DNA of 62,787 nucleotides, filler included, from Octopus bimaculoides (GCF_001194135.2; 4 parts of 3 records of this genome joined end to end with filler, not necessarily neighbours in it); one strand, 5' to 3'. Shown: positions 12,579-24,694, counted from the whole stretch's first letter. Program-made: numbers and translations. Notes: generated by a model from the letters alone, not told the origin.

Positions 12579-13234
12579 GTGCGCGTGTGTGTGTGTATTC
12601 ATATATAATAGTGTACAAACAATCAAGTATTTATACACGAAAGAGGTGACTTTTACAAGACACCTTACATGCTAGAAAAGGCAGTCAAAACCCAAACCAC
12701 GAATGAAAGCAATTTTAAATTGCTTTTATTCGTGGTTTGGGACACAGACACACACGTGCACGCGCACACACACATATTTTAATTGTAAAATATTGAGATA
12801 CTTCGAAAGGCGTGAAGACATTTGATTAAAGAGACGTTAAATTCTCAACAAATAACCACCAGACATGAAAGAGTGAAAAAAACTTTTGGCTGTTCTCTCT
12901 CTCAAACATTTGTTTGTCAACGTCTATCTTACATAAAATGGCTGATACCTTGAAATTGTCAATGGAACCAGCTTTTGTTTACGCTTTATACTAGCTTTCA
13001 ATTATAGATCAGATGGTTGGAGAAGAAATTTCCAGATAAAGTGGATCTACTTAACACTTCTATAGACATTCTAAGAGAGTGACTTGGCTATTGATAGTTA
13101 TAAGACTTGTTACTTCGGGCGTATTAAATTTTTAGAACAACCAGCTGGACGTTTTCGTTGAATAATAACAATATTGTACTATGCGTTTCATATAGACGAG
13201 TGTGTGTGTGTGCGCGTGTGTGTGTGTGTGTAAG

Positions 13235-13520
13235 TGCGGGATCTACTGGTTAGGATGTTGCACTCATAATCGCAAGATCGTAGACTCGATGCACAGATCG
13301 GCAATGTGTTCTTGAACAAAGCACGTTATTTCATGTCCACTCAGCTGTAAATGGATAACTCTTCGACGGATTGACGTTCCCCTTCGTAATTTACTTATGG
13401 TGAGCCAACGTATAGTGCTATCAGTCACCGTACAGTGACTGGAAAAGCATAACAGAGTCAATCTCTTCAATCAGCTCGTAGCGTTGTCTACCTAGTGTCT
13501 GTGAACGAAGAGGAGATAAC
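13235..13520 (+). mobile_element. SINE group C, diverged, with its own tail
   Basis: tRNA-like head then GTGTTCTTGAACAAAGCACGTTATTTC..CACTCAGCTGTAAATGG. Confidence 0.55.
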
Positions 13521-13889
13521 TACTTCAAAATGCTAACATCTCACAGTCTAGGTAGGTGACGGTGTGAGATGATCTAAGTGTCAACNNNNNNNNNNNNNNN
13601 NNNNNNNNNNNNNNNNNNNNNNNNNNNNNNNNNNNNNNNNNNNNNNNNNNNNNNNNNNNNNNNNNNNNNNNNNNNNNNNNNNNNNCTGGAGCGCATGGGT
13701 TGGGAGTTTGATCGGCAGAGGTGATCAGGTTACACCTGCCAGCCCTTTGAAAACACCACACCCATCATCTAACCCCTTTTTGGGCATGGGTTGGGAACCC
13801 TTCCAGCAAGGAAATTAGAATGCCCAAAAGGACTCTCGATTCTCTGTGTCAGAAGCGGATCACAATTAAGATCACAACTAAGTCTTAAG

Positions 13890-13922
<33 letters not shown>

Positions 13923-14689
13923 NNNNNNNNNNNNNNNNNNNNNNNNNNNNNNNNNNNNNNNNNNNNNNNNNNNNNNNNNNNNNNNNNNNNNNNNNNNNNN
14001 NNNNNNNNNNNNNNNNNNNNNNNNNNNNNNNNNNNNNNNNNNNNNNNNNNNNNNNNNNNNNNNNNNNNNNNNNNNNNNNNNNNNNNNNNNNNNNNNNNNN
14101 NNNNNNNNNNNNNNNNNNNNNNNNNNNNNNNNNNNNNNNNNNNNNNNNNNNNNNNNNNNNNNNNNNNNNNNNNNNNNNNNNNNNNNNNNNNNNNNNNNNN
14201 NNNNNNNNNNNNNNNNNNNNNNNNNNNNNNNNNNNNNNNNNNNNNNNNNNNNNNNNNNNNNNNNNNNNNNNNNNNNNNNNNNNNNNNNNNNNNNNNNNNN
14301 NNNNNNNNNNNNNNNNNNNNNNNNNNNNNNNNNNNNNNNNNNNNNNNNNNNNNNNNNNNNNNNNNNNNNNNNNNNNNNNNNNNNNNNNNNNNNNNNNNNN
14401 NNNNNNNNNNNNNNNNNNNNNNNNNNNNNNNNNNNNNNNNNNNNNNNNNNNNNNNNNNNNNNNNNNNNNNNNNNNNNNNNNNNNNNNNNNNNNNNNNNNN
14501 NNNNNNNNNNNNNNNNNNNNNNNNNNNNNNNNNNNNNNNNNNNNNNNNNNNNNNNNNNNNNNNNNNNNNNNNNNNNNNNNNNNNNNNNNNNNNNNNNNNN
14601 NNNNNNNNNNNNNNNNNNNNNNNNNNNNNNNNNNNNNNNNNNNNNNNNNNNNNNNNNNNNNNNNNNNNNNNNNNNNNNNNNNNNNNNCC

Positions 14690-15090
14690 GAAAAAACATG
14701 TCTTTTTCTTTAGAAAGGCAGTAGACAGAAAGAGAGATCCCCTTTCGTCAAGTATTAGCGACGAGCGAGTCAAGGAGGAAGAGTGAGAGAGAGAGAGAGA
14801 GAGAGAGGGAACGGTGAAAGGGAAAGAAGAATAGGGAAAGGGTGGGAGAGAAAAACAGAAAGGATGAAGAACAAGAGAGGGAGAGAAATAGACAGAAGAG
14901 ATAGTAGAAGAGTGCGCATTGTAATTATTAAGATAAAACTTACTTGGAAAAGGATGCGTGGCGTTCGCTCATATAATAATATAAATAATATATAAATATA
15001 AGCATTTATCCATACATATATGTACATACCTACATCTATATGTATACATACATGCATATATGGGTACAGGACATCAAAAAACGTACACCA
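14690..15090 (-). mobile_element. Copy of the putative PLE pseudo-LTR repeat
   Basis: 14932-15085 is very similar to 3077-3232; 14690-14925 is the reverse-complement homologue of 3677-3990. Confidence 0.65.
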
Positions 15091-15338
15091 ATTGCATACA
15101 TATTTTTTTGTACACATACATGTTCGTATGTGTGTGTGTGTCTATTGCTCGTATATCAACAAAACACTTTTTTCCTCGATGGAAAAAAAAACAACAAAAG
15201 TCTTAACAAAAACTTCCTCGTCGCTAGAAGGGGACTTAACTTCTGTTGTAAACAATGGTGGATTTCTCCGACTTGAAAATTGTTAAAAATTTTGGTTGAA
15301 AATTCATTCTTACTGCTATCAATACACACACACACACA

Positions 15339-15750
15339 TAGGCGCAGGAGTGGCTGTGTGGTAAGTAGCTTGCTTCTCAACCACGTGGTTTCGGCTTCAG
15401 TCACACTGTAAGGCACCTTGGACAAGTGTCTTTTACTATAGCTTTGAGCTGACCAAAGCCTTGTGAGTGGATTTGGTAGGCGGAAACTGTAAGAACCTCG
15501 TCGGATATTTATGTGTGTGTGTATGTGTCTGTGCTTCCACCACCACCACCACCACCACCCCCATTGCTTGACAACCGATGCTGGTGTGTTTACGTCTCTG
15601 TAACTTAGCAGTTCGGCAAAAGAAGCCCAAAGAATAAGTACTAGGCTTACATAGAACAAGTTCTGAAAGCAGTTTCTTCAACTAAAATCTGTTTGAGGCG
15701 GTGTTCCAGCATGGCCGCAGTCAAATGACCGAAACAAGTGAAAATGTGAA
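15339..15750 (+). mobile_element. SINE group A, full length
   Basis: ATAGGCGCAGGAGTGGCTGTGTGGTAAG (A-box-like), GGCTTCAGTCAC (B-box-like), internal (TG)n, 3' half ending GAAACAAGTGAAAATG. Confidence 0.92.
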
Positions 15751-15766
15751 AGAATATAGATAGATT

Positions 15767-15820
<54 letters not shown>

Positions 15821-16302
15821 TATATATACATACATATACATGTGTATGAGTGTGTGTAACTGTACTGAATGGAATTAATGTTTTTTTTGTTTTTAATCAC
15901 GATAGATGTCCAGTGAGAACTTGTATGGAATAGAACAGAGTAATAAATGATCTTCCAGTTGATCTATTTCAAATATCAACTAAATTTTGTTCAATTATCG
16001 ATCGCCATAATAATCATTACATACCATTAATAAAGGTCATAAAATTTCCCTCTCTTCCTTTCTCTTAAATGTACCAACTTGAGTTGGCTCGTGTACTGAG
16101 TTCACAATATAATAAAAGGCTTTGCTAGGCCTTGAGATTGCTTCCAAAATGTATTTGTTAATTATACCAAAGAAGAGGTTGATAGTCATTGAAACAATTT
16201 TGGTAGTTTAGGAACAGATTAACCTTAAATATGGAAACTTAGAATATTCAGGGAAGAAACAAGAACAGTCAGTATTGTGACTTGCATAATCGTTTCTTGT
16301 TT

Positions 16303-16485
16303 ATCTTTTATCTCTTTCAGTCATTTCATTACGGCCATGCTGGGGCACCACCTTGAAGTTTTAGTCGTATGAATCAATCTCAGTACTTATTTCCTTTTAT
16401 TTTAAGTTTGGTACTTATTCTATCGGCCTCTTTTACCGAACCGCTATATTATAGGGACGTAAACACACCAACACCAACAGACATA
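16303..16485 (-). mobile_element. SINE group A, 3' half
   Basis: Reverse complement of the group A tail; the piece ends shortly after, at the spacer. Confidence 0.8.
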
Positions 16486-16523
16486 AAGGCACACCCCCAC
16501 ATGTCCCACACACATATGTATAT

Positions 16524-16623
16524 NNNNNNNNNNNNNNNNNNNNNNNNNNNNNNNNNNNNNNNNNNNNTTAATTAATTAANNNNNNNNNNNNNNNNNNNNN
16601 NNNNNNNNNNNNNNNNNNNNNNN
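16524..16623. other. Artificial scaffold spacer N44-TTAATTAATTAA-N44
   Basis: Exact 44+12+44 layout repeated three times; the 12-mer gives stops in all six frames. Confidence 0.95.
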
Positions 16624-16675
16624 TTCGAAAAAAAAAAGAAAAGGAAAGGCCGATCAATAGGGATCGTGTATCACA

Positions 16676-16815
16676 CAGTAATAACAGTAGTAGTAATAAC
16701 AATAGTAATAACAGTAGTAATAACAGTAGTAATAACAATAGTAATAACAGTAGTAGTAACAGTAGTAGTAACAATAGTAATAACAGTAGTAGTAACAATA
16801 GTAGTAACAGTAGTA
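16676..16815. repeat. Degenerate 12-bp/trinucleotide minisatellite (ACAGTAGTAATA)n
   Basis: Visible array. Confidence 0.9.
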
Positions 16816-17240
16816 AAAGTTAAAGTGATACAGTTTGAGAAGATATGAATACTAATAATAATAAATGGAGCAAAACGCATAGAAATAAAAGTTCCTTTAA
16901 TTCCTACACATGTTTCAAAATATATGAGAGAGCTCTTCTACAAAGAAGTAAGAGCTGCTGGAATTCCTCATATATTCCTCTTCAAGGGAATCCACAAATA
17001 AACATATGAAAGCAAGCCAAATACGAAATGATGAGGTAACATAGAGCTAAGATGTTACATGGTCAGTGACCGTTAGAACGTTTGTTTATATAGAGATATA
17101 AAGGGATCAATGATATTATTCCATGAGCTTGAGGAATAAGAACCCTTGTTTACGTAGAGATATAAAGGGAGGGGGTTGTAAACGTGATGCTAAAGGTTTA
17201 AATTGAATGAATGATTGAAAAGTGGGGAGGAAAGTGGAGG

Positions 17241-17522
17241 AAGGGAGATAACTATATTGTTAGAGTTACCTCCCTTAGAATAAAAATTATGTTTTTGAAT
17301 TCAAAAATATAATTCACGTTCTAAGGGATATAACTATAACGATTTACATTCAAGAATGTTCCAAGACGTCTTTTCCAATTACTTCCCTTACAAGACAAGA
17401 AGGAGAACTCTTGGAATGACTTTAAAATAGCAAGCTTTTAAGTATTATCTCCCTTTGAAACCATGGGGATAATGGAAGAATTGTACACCACCGATTTTGG
17501 AAGGTCATAACTTTGAGAAAAA
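17241..17522. mobile_element. Unclassified non-autonomous element with AAGGGAGATAACT hairpin motifs
   Basis: 13-bp stem 17241-17253/17264-17276 (1 mismatch); related arms near 17320 and 17445. Confidence 0.4.
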
Positions 17523-17642
17523 TGAATATTTTTTAATGAACTNNNNNNNNNNNNNNNNNNNNNNNNNNNNNNNNNNNNNNNNNNNNNNNNNNNNNNNNNN
17601 NNNNNNNNNNNNNNNNNNNNNNNNNNNNNNNNNNNNNNNNNN

Positions 17643-18160
17643 TCTTGGTCGTTCGTCATTGCCTCTGTGAAGCCCGGTGTTCAGAAGGTGCCTTTCATGT
17701 ACCAGTTATGCGACACCAGCATCAACCGCAACTACAATTTTAATGTAAAGCGTGATATTGGTGTCATGTAACCAGCACCTCCTGTGCCGGTGGCACATAA
17801 AAAGCACCTTTCAAGCATTGGGCCTTGCGGAGGCAAAGTGGCTGATGCTGTTGGTGGCACATGAGAAGCTCCTTTTGAGTGTTGGCCTAATGGAGGTAAT
17901 GACCAACACCTTTGGCATTATGTCGTGCCTGAGAAGAAGACCCATCAAGCCAAGTAAAATCGCTGTCATGGCAGATACTGGTGTCATGCAAATGGCACCC
18001 ATGCCGGTGGCACATACAAGCTCCCGTTACACTTTTGGACTGGTTGGTGTTAGGTAGGGCATCCAGCTGTAGAGAACCCTGCCAAATCAGATTGGAGTCT
18101 GGTGCAGCCCCGGTCAAACTGTCCAACCCATACCAACATGGACAATGGATGTTAAATGAT
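17643..18160. mobile_element. RTE-family LINE 3' UTR pieces in opposite orientations
   Basis: 17754-18160 (+) carries GTGCCGGTGGCACATAAAAAGCACC repeats and ends GTTAAATGATGA; 17643-17740 is an inverted homologous piece; same family as 20915-21210. Confidence 0.75.
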
Positions 18161-18449
18161 GAAAGTTTTTAATGACTCTTGTAGCTTTAAGATTTTGATG
18201 ATGTGGTTGATTATTTTGAGAAGGACAATGTAGGGTAGGTGTAGTGGTGAGGGTGTGGGGTGCAGTGTGTGATCTGGTGGTGGTGGTGGTGGTGTGGTGT
18301 AATATGGTCCATTCTCTTTGAGAGTTGTGTGGGTAAGTGGTGCTATTAATGTAGCGTGAAATGTAGTCCAGCAGGTCATCACGCGACCCCCTGAACCCCA
18401 CCACAAAGACCAGGACCACCCTAAAAACAACAACAACAACAATACTTAC

Positions 18450-18600
18450 TACCCTCCCATGTGCAGTGTAAGAGGTTGAGGGCACCATCAACCCGTTTCC
18501 AATGTGGTAGGTGAAAGAAGGCATAGGCTACGGCCTCGCTGTCACCTCTCTTCAGGATGTGTTCAGGAGGTAGTATGAGGTTTTTCATCTCCAGCAGGTA
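18450..18600 (-). CDS. ST7: Internal coding exon of suppressor of tumorigenicity 7 protein homologue
   Basis: 151-nt exon [50 protein letters not shown](T) matches recalled human ST7 [53 protein letters not shown]; acceptor TCTTCTCTTATATTTCAG, donor A|GTAAGT, and the phase-1 A fits the Thr codon. Confidence 0.95.
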
Positions 18601-19100
18601 CTGAAATATAAGAGAAGATAAGAACATATAGGGGACATAGAATATAAGAATTCACACGTGCACATACACATACAAATCTGCCCATACACACACATGGTTC
18701 ACAATATCCCAAAGTGTGTATGCATGTGATTGGGGACCACATGTGAATTTATGTTCCCACTGACACTCCAAACATGACCTCTACACCTTAGCAACAAATG
18801 ACTACAGCCATTTGCATCACAATATCATCAATGGGCGTAATGTGAATTCCAACCTTTGTCCTTCAAGCGTACGTGTGTCTATGCTTTATACGTATATTTG
18901 TGAGTGTGTGTAAGTGTCTATATGATTGTGTGTGCTTGTATATATGTATAAGTATGGTTATATGTGTATATATGTATCTAAGACGTATCCATTCACCGTT
19001 AGACGGTGGTGAGAGGGACAAATGCACACACACACACACACATATATGTGTGTGTCTATGTATGTGTGTGTGTGTATCTATGTATGTGTGTATATATATA

Positions 19101-20622
19101 TATGGCCAGTGTTCAATTTTTGGTCCCCGACTTTATGGCCAGTGTTCAATTTCTGGTCCCCGTCTTCAAGGCCAGTATGCAATTATTGGCCCCCGACTTT
19201 ATGGCCAGTGTGCGATTTTTGTTCCCCGACTTTTTGGCCAGTGTTCAATTTTTGGTCCCCGACTTTATGGGCAGTGTTCAAAATTTTGGTCCCCGTCTTT
19301 ATGGCCAGAGTTCAATTATTCGTCCCCGACTTTATGGCCAGTGTTCAATTATTCATCCCCGACTTTATGGCCAGTGTGCAAATTTTGTTCCCCGACTTTA
19401 TGGCTAGTGTTCAATTTTTGGTCCCCGTCTTTATGGCCAGTGTGCAATTATTGGTGCCCGACTTTATGGCCAGTGTTGAATTTCTGGTCCCCCACTTTAT
19501 GGCCAGTGTGCAATTATTGGTCCCCGACTTTATGGCCAGTGTGCGATTTTTGGTCCCCGTCTTAATGGCCAGTGTGCAATTATTCGTCCCCGACTTTATG
19601 GCCAGTATGTGATTTTTGGTCCCCGTCTTTATGGCCAGTGTGCAATTATTGGTACCCGACTTTATGGCCAGTGTTGAATTTCTGGTCCCCGACATTGTGG
19701 CCAGTGTACAATTTTTCGTCCCTGACTTTCTGGCCAGTATTCAATTTTTGGTCCCCGACTTCATGGCCAGTGTTCAATTTTTGGTCCCCGACTACATGGC
19801 CAGTGTTCAATTTTTGGTCCACGACATTATGGCCAGTGTTCAATATTTGGTCCCCGTCTTTATGGCCATTGTGCAAATTACTGGTCNNNNNNNNNNNNNN
19901 NNNNNNNNNNNNNNNNNNNNNNNNNNNNNNNNNNNNNNNNNNNNNNNNNNNNNNNNNNNNNNNNNNNNNNNNNNNNNNNNNNNNNNNNNNNNNNNNNNNN
20001 NNNNNNNNNNNNNNNNNNNNNNNNNNNNNNNNNNNNNNNNNNNNNNNNNNNNNNNNNNNNNNNNNNNNNNNNNNNNNNNNNNNNNNNNNNNNNNNNNNNN
20101 NNNNNNNNNNNNNNNNNNNNNNNNNNNNNNNNNNNNNNNNNNNNNNNNNNNNNNNNNNNNNNNNNNNNNNNNNTTCAAATTTTGGGCCCCTCATTTTATG
20201 GCCAGTATTCAATTATAGGTCCCCGAATTTATGGCCAGTGTTCAAATTTTGGGCCCCTCATTTTATGGCCAGTATTCAATTATAGGTCCCCAACATTATG
20301 GCCATTGTGCGAATTTTGTTCCGCGACTTTATGGCCAGTGTACAATGTTCGGTCCCGTGTTTATGGCCGGTGTGCAATTTTTGAGCCCCGACTTTATGGC
20401 CAGTGTGCGATTTTTGTTTCCCGACTTTATCGCCAGTGTTCAATTTTTGGTCCCCGTCTTTATGGCCAGTCTGCGATTTTTGTTCCCCGACTTTATGGCC
20501 ACTGTTCAATTTTGGTCCCCGTCTTTATGGCCAATGTGCGATTTTTGGTCCCCGACTTTATGGCCAGTGTTCATATTTGGTCCCCGACTTCATGACCAGT
20601 GTACCATTTTTGGTCCCCGACT
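19101..20622. repeat. 33-bp minisatellite, consensus TATGGCCAGTGTTCAATTTTTGGTCCCCGACTT
   Basis: About 24 units before and 13 after the gap at 19887-20173; lies in presumed ST7 intron. Confidence 0.97.
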
Positions 20623-20831
20623 GTCAGAGCATCTACCCCTTCTATTGGCTTGGCCACCTAGGTAATGGAAGCTATCGACTACTTCTAGTTTTCCCCTCTG
20701 GTATGTGATGGTAGACATAGGACATGAATTTTATTAATAAAATCTCAGTGGATGAGGAATATTTAAAGTAACTTTGCAAGACAAGGACTATTTCAGAGGA
20801 GAGGAGGCATTGGCGGGGATGAGCTTGTGTC

Positions 20832-20914
<83 letters not shown>

Positions 20915-20916
<2 letters not shown>

Positions 20917-21390
20917 CATCATCATTTAGTATCTGCTTTCCATGCTGGAATGGGTTAGACCTGGAAAGTTGCATCAGGTCCCAATCTGATTTGGCATGGA
21001 TTCTACGGCTGGGTGCCCTTCCTAATGTCAATCATTCCAAGAGTGCAATGAGTGCATTTTATGTGCCACCAGCACAAGTGCTACTTACGTGACACTGCCG
21101 TTGGCCAGGGCTACAATTTCACTTGGATTGATGGGTCTTCTCAAGCATTGCGTACTACCATTGGTCTTGGTCACTTATCATTGCCTATGTGAGGCCTAAT
21201 GTACAAAGGATGCCAGTTAACTCTCCTCTTATGTGTCCATAGCTTACACCAGGCGCATCTTATAGAGTTTTTATCTATGCCTTTTCTACAGATCAAGCAG
21301 GGTCATCTTATATAATTCGTGCTGAAGTACTGCAGGCTCCATACTTGTAGATAAACCGCATTCAAGGACTTAACATCACTTACATTTGAC
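20915..21390 (-). mobile_element. RTE-X-like LINE fragment: PHD-like segment plus 3' UTR with (GAT)n tail
   Basis: PCLICRKGIDKNSIRCAWCKLWTHKR (21225-21302), then the UTR family also seen at 17754-18160. Confidence 0.7.
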
Positions 21391-21399
21391 ATCATATAC

Positions 21400-21890
21400 C
21401 CATTTGCGGTAGTAGCAAACCATTTCTATTGCGCTCTCTAGCTTCATCCTCTCAAATTATGTTCTAAATTTCATGATCCCTTTCTAATACTAGCATTGAA
21501 ATCGACAAGTAGAAAGAATGTTGCAAACAAGCAACTTTGATCAAAGATAAAATGCTAGATTTTTTCTCTTCAGAGGAACAATGGTTGGAGAGTAGACACA
21601 CACTAGAGTACAAAATCTGCTGGTTAATAATGGTATCTTCACTGACATCTAGTGATCAGTAAATCCACATGAAAGTTCTTGAAGCCAAGAACCCATGAAA
21701 TTCTTTTGCAAACATTACACCAGCTTTACATTAGCATCATCTACTTTCTCTCTCCAATAAAACATATAGTCACCACGATGTTCCGTAAAATGAACCTTTT
21801 CGGAGTCCTCATTTCAGACAATGTCATTACATCCATGTTATACAGCTGCAGTTCTTATGCTACGAAGACTGATCTTTCAGGGCATGTTGA
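21400..21890 (-). mobile_element. RTE-clade LINE apurinic endonuclease (APE) relic
   Basis: ELQLYNMDVMTLSEMR, YMFYW, AGVMFA, LVCVYSPT, LLVDFNASI, RNRNGLLL, with frameshifts. Confidence 0.75.
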
Positions 21891-22256
21891 AGAGGATTCC
21901 TAATCTAATGAGGTGCAAATATTTCAGAAATACTCAATGGTTTGAACATTCTCACAGTAACAAGATGACAGCTAGGCCCAAGCTCTCTTACCTACCACAC
22001 CAGACATTTTCACTGTCCCTTCATTGCCATTGCTTTGGAAATTCTTGCGATTTTTCAATGAGCATTTTGCAGCTTTGTGTACAGCCAGCCATACCATGCA
22101 TCTTGTAACTGAGATGGTATATAAAGACACATGCAGCAGGCTTCAAAATATTCTGGCCTGCACATGTAGGTCTAGTGTTGACACACGCTGAAGTTCGACC
22201 GTCTAAGGCTTTAAATATAAGATTCAGGATGGAACGATGATGAGTTCATAAAAGCG

Positions 22257-22320
<64 letters not shown>

Positions 22321-22726
22321 ATATGTGAATGCACCAGTGCATGAAATGGCTGGAAGGATGGCTGGGGTTGTGTCTGTGGTAGTTGAGACTGTGGAATGCT
22401 TGTCAGCTGGATCGATTACACCAAATCAATATCTAACACTGGTTTTTAGAAATCAGTATTTTCTTTGTATTACGAAACATGTAGTCCAGTGTGGTGACTT
22501 TATATGTAGCAGTAGCCACATGAGAGGAAATCCATTGAACAGTAACGATTACAACAACTGTTGCGACAACAATGATTGTGACAGTAAGAATAGGAAAAAG
22601 AAGAAAAACGAAAACGAATGCAATAAGAGCAAGAACATCTAATACAAGAACAACAACAAACGTAATAAATACGATAATAGAAGTAGCAGCCCAGCTATGA
22701 CGACGACGACAACAACAACAATAATA

Positions 22727-22760
22727 TCTATATTAATAAAAGCGAAGATCTGTATCTTCG
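22727..22760 (+). mobile_element. Possible Helitron 5' terminus
   Basis: A|TCTATATTAATAAAAGCGAAG resembles animal non-autonomous Helitron starts; no matching 3' end found. Confidence 0.3.
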
Positions 22761-23305
22761 TCCGGGACCCCTGTATCTCAGTCTGCATTTGACCTACATC
22801 GACATAGTATACCTTTTTGGAAAGAAGATGACCCGGGGTTAGAAAATCTGGCCTTGATTTGGTTTTTGATGAACCAGCATTGGGATCTGATTTCAAAGCA
22901 TTTGGTTTGCAATTTCTAACAGGTAAAGCTTGGCTGATCCACACCACATTGATTGGCGCTTGTCAGATGAGGTCGGAGATCAAGGGGGAGATAAATGACA
23001 TTTGCTTTGTGAATTTACATCGAGATAATATTAGCGAATAACAGGAGGAATCTTAAATGTACACACGAATGACATGAAACACATACACACACATGAATCG
23101 ATTCCCTTTCAGACTAGAGACCATAATATGTTTCCAGAGGGACGTCAATACAGCACCGATAGCATCATGTCTTCGAGATGGAACAAGGGCAATAGGAAAA
23201 CAAAACTGCAAGTAAAATTATAATTCATAGTCGAAGGGGAATTCTGTAGGGCGTGAACGTTGCATTATAGAAAGTTGTCATCCTTTCACTATTTCTATAT
23301 CCGTG

Positions 23306-23387
<82 letters not shown>

Positions 23388-24694
23388 AACAATAAATAGC
23401 TCGATTTCCTATCTATTCATTTAAAGGCGATACTCGCCCGCCAATCCCTCGTTGAAATCACGAAAAGATTTACATTATGAATCACACAGAAGCTTATCGT
23501 GTATGAAGTAAGGATCCGAGATTTAAGCGTCAAGGGAGGGAGTATATAGGAAGCATGTGTATATGAATGACAGGAACATGTCAGAAACCGATTGCTCCGT
23601 TTCTCGACTGAATCTTTCTTACTAGAATGGCATTTAAGGGAAAGGATATTCATCTTTCTGCGCAAGAAGTTAAGAAAAGTCCAAGAACAACTACAGGAGT
23701 TACTCACTCAATCCACATCACCATGGGGAAATAATACTAGTTTTTTCCCCCTATATTCTCTAAAGCATGTTCCGAGACTTGTCGCAAATGATAGGAAATA
23801 AGAAAAAATACAAGCAGTATCGACTTACACGACTACAGCAAGTCATATGTAACTGATGTACCCTTTCATGATGTAACCACTGTATATTTACTAGCAAGTG
23901 TAACGGGAAATCTCGCTATCTCGTGGGCTGACGGTTAAAAATAGAAGAAAGGACAAAAAAATTACCTTTCTTGGTTACATTTCTCCCATTGGAGTGGCGA
24001 CTAAGGCGGGAAGGATTTCGCCTATTTGCTACATACGGACATAATGAATAAGAAGATATCTTTCACTTCAGAGGACAAGAGATAAATAAAGATATGATAG
24101 GGATAAGGTGAATGACAAGTTACAAATTTGATAAAATGAAGAACGTAAGTCATTGTCGAAATAATTGCGTACGAAAATGAAAAGGAGGAAGAACAATATA
24201 TAAAGCGTGAATGAGAGAGAGAGGGAAATGGAAAGACTATGTCTGTAAGGAGAATTCTCCACGCTTCCTGTGTTTGGCGTACAATATTAAAGAAAAAATT
24301 ACTTGACGCATTTCTGCCTTTACGCTGAAACTGTCAGATTCCTTTTCACGAATATCAATCTAAGGAGCTTAAATGTACGACAGGGCAAATAGTCAGACGT
24401 TCATCAAATAAATATATAAAAATGTAGTGTACTGAAACTGTTTTCTATCAAACCTACTCATATATAAATACAGTGCCATAAGTTGAGTTTGAACAAAAAA
24501 CTATACGTAACACACAAACGCACGGACACACGTGCACGCGGGTATATATATTTAAAAATACACATTAAATTTCAATTTCCTCGATTACTCATTATTCTTT
24601 CACTCCACACAACGTGGGGCTGTTGGGGCGAAGGAGACAATAAGCGATGTATGTTTTAGAAAAAGAAGATAACTAGAAAAGGGAAAGTCTGGGA

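Noticed and set aside
15339-15420. tRNA genes at SINE heads (also 40137, 59512, 60239, 61291)
   Set aside because: A/B-box-like motifs run into SINE bodies, with no complete cloverleaf or acceptor stem.
19101-20622. Minisatellite as a CRISPR array or as a CDS
   Set aside because: Units are contiguous with no unique spacers and no cas genes. The long ORFs follow from a stop-free 33-bp unit, and variants are not confined to third codon positions.
23592-23801. 69-aa plus-strand ORF with a helical-looking peptide
   Set aside because: No recognisable family and no convincing splice sites; the length is expected by chance.
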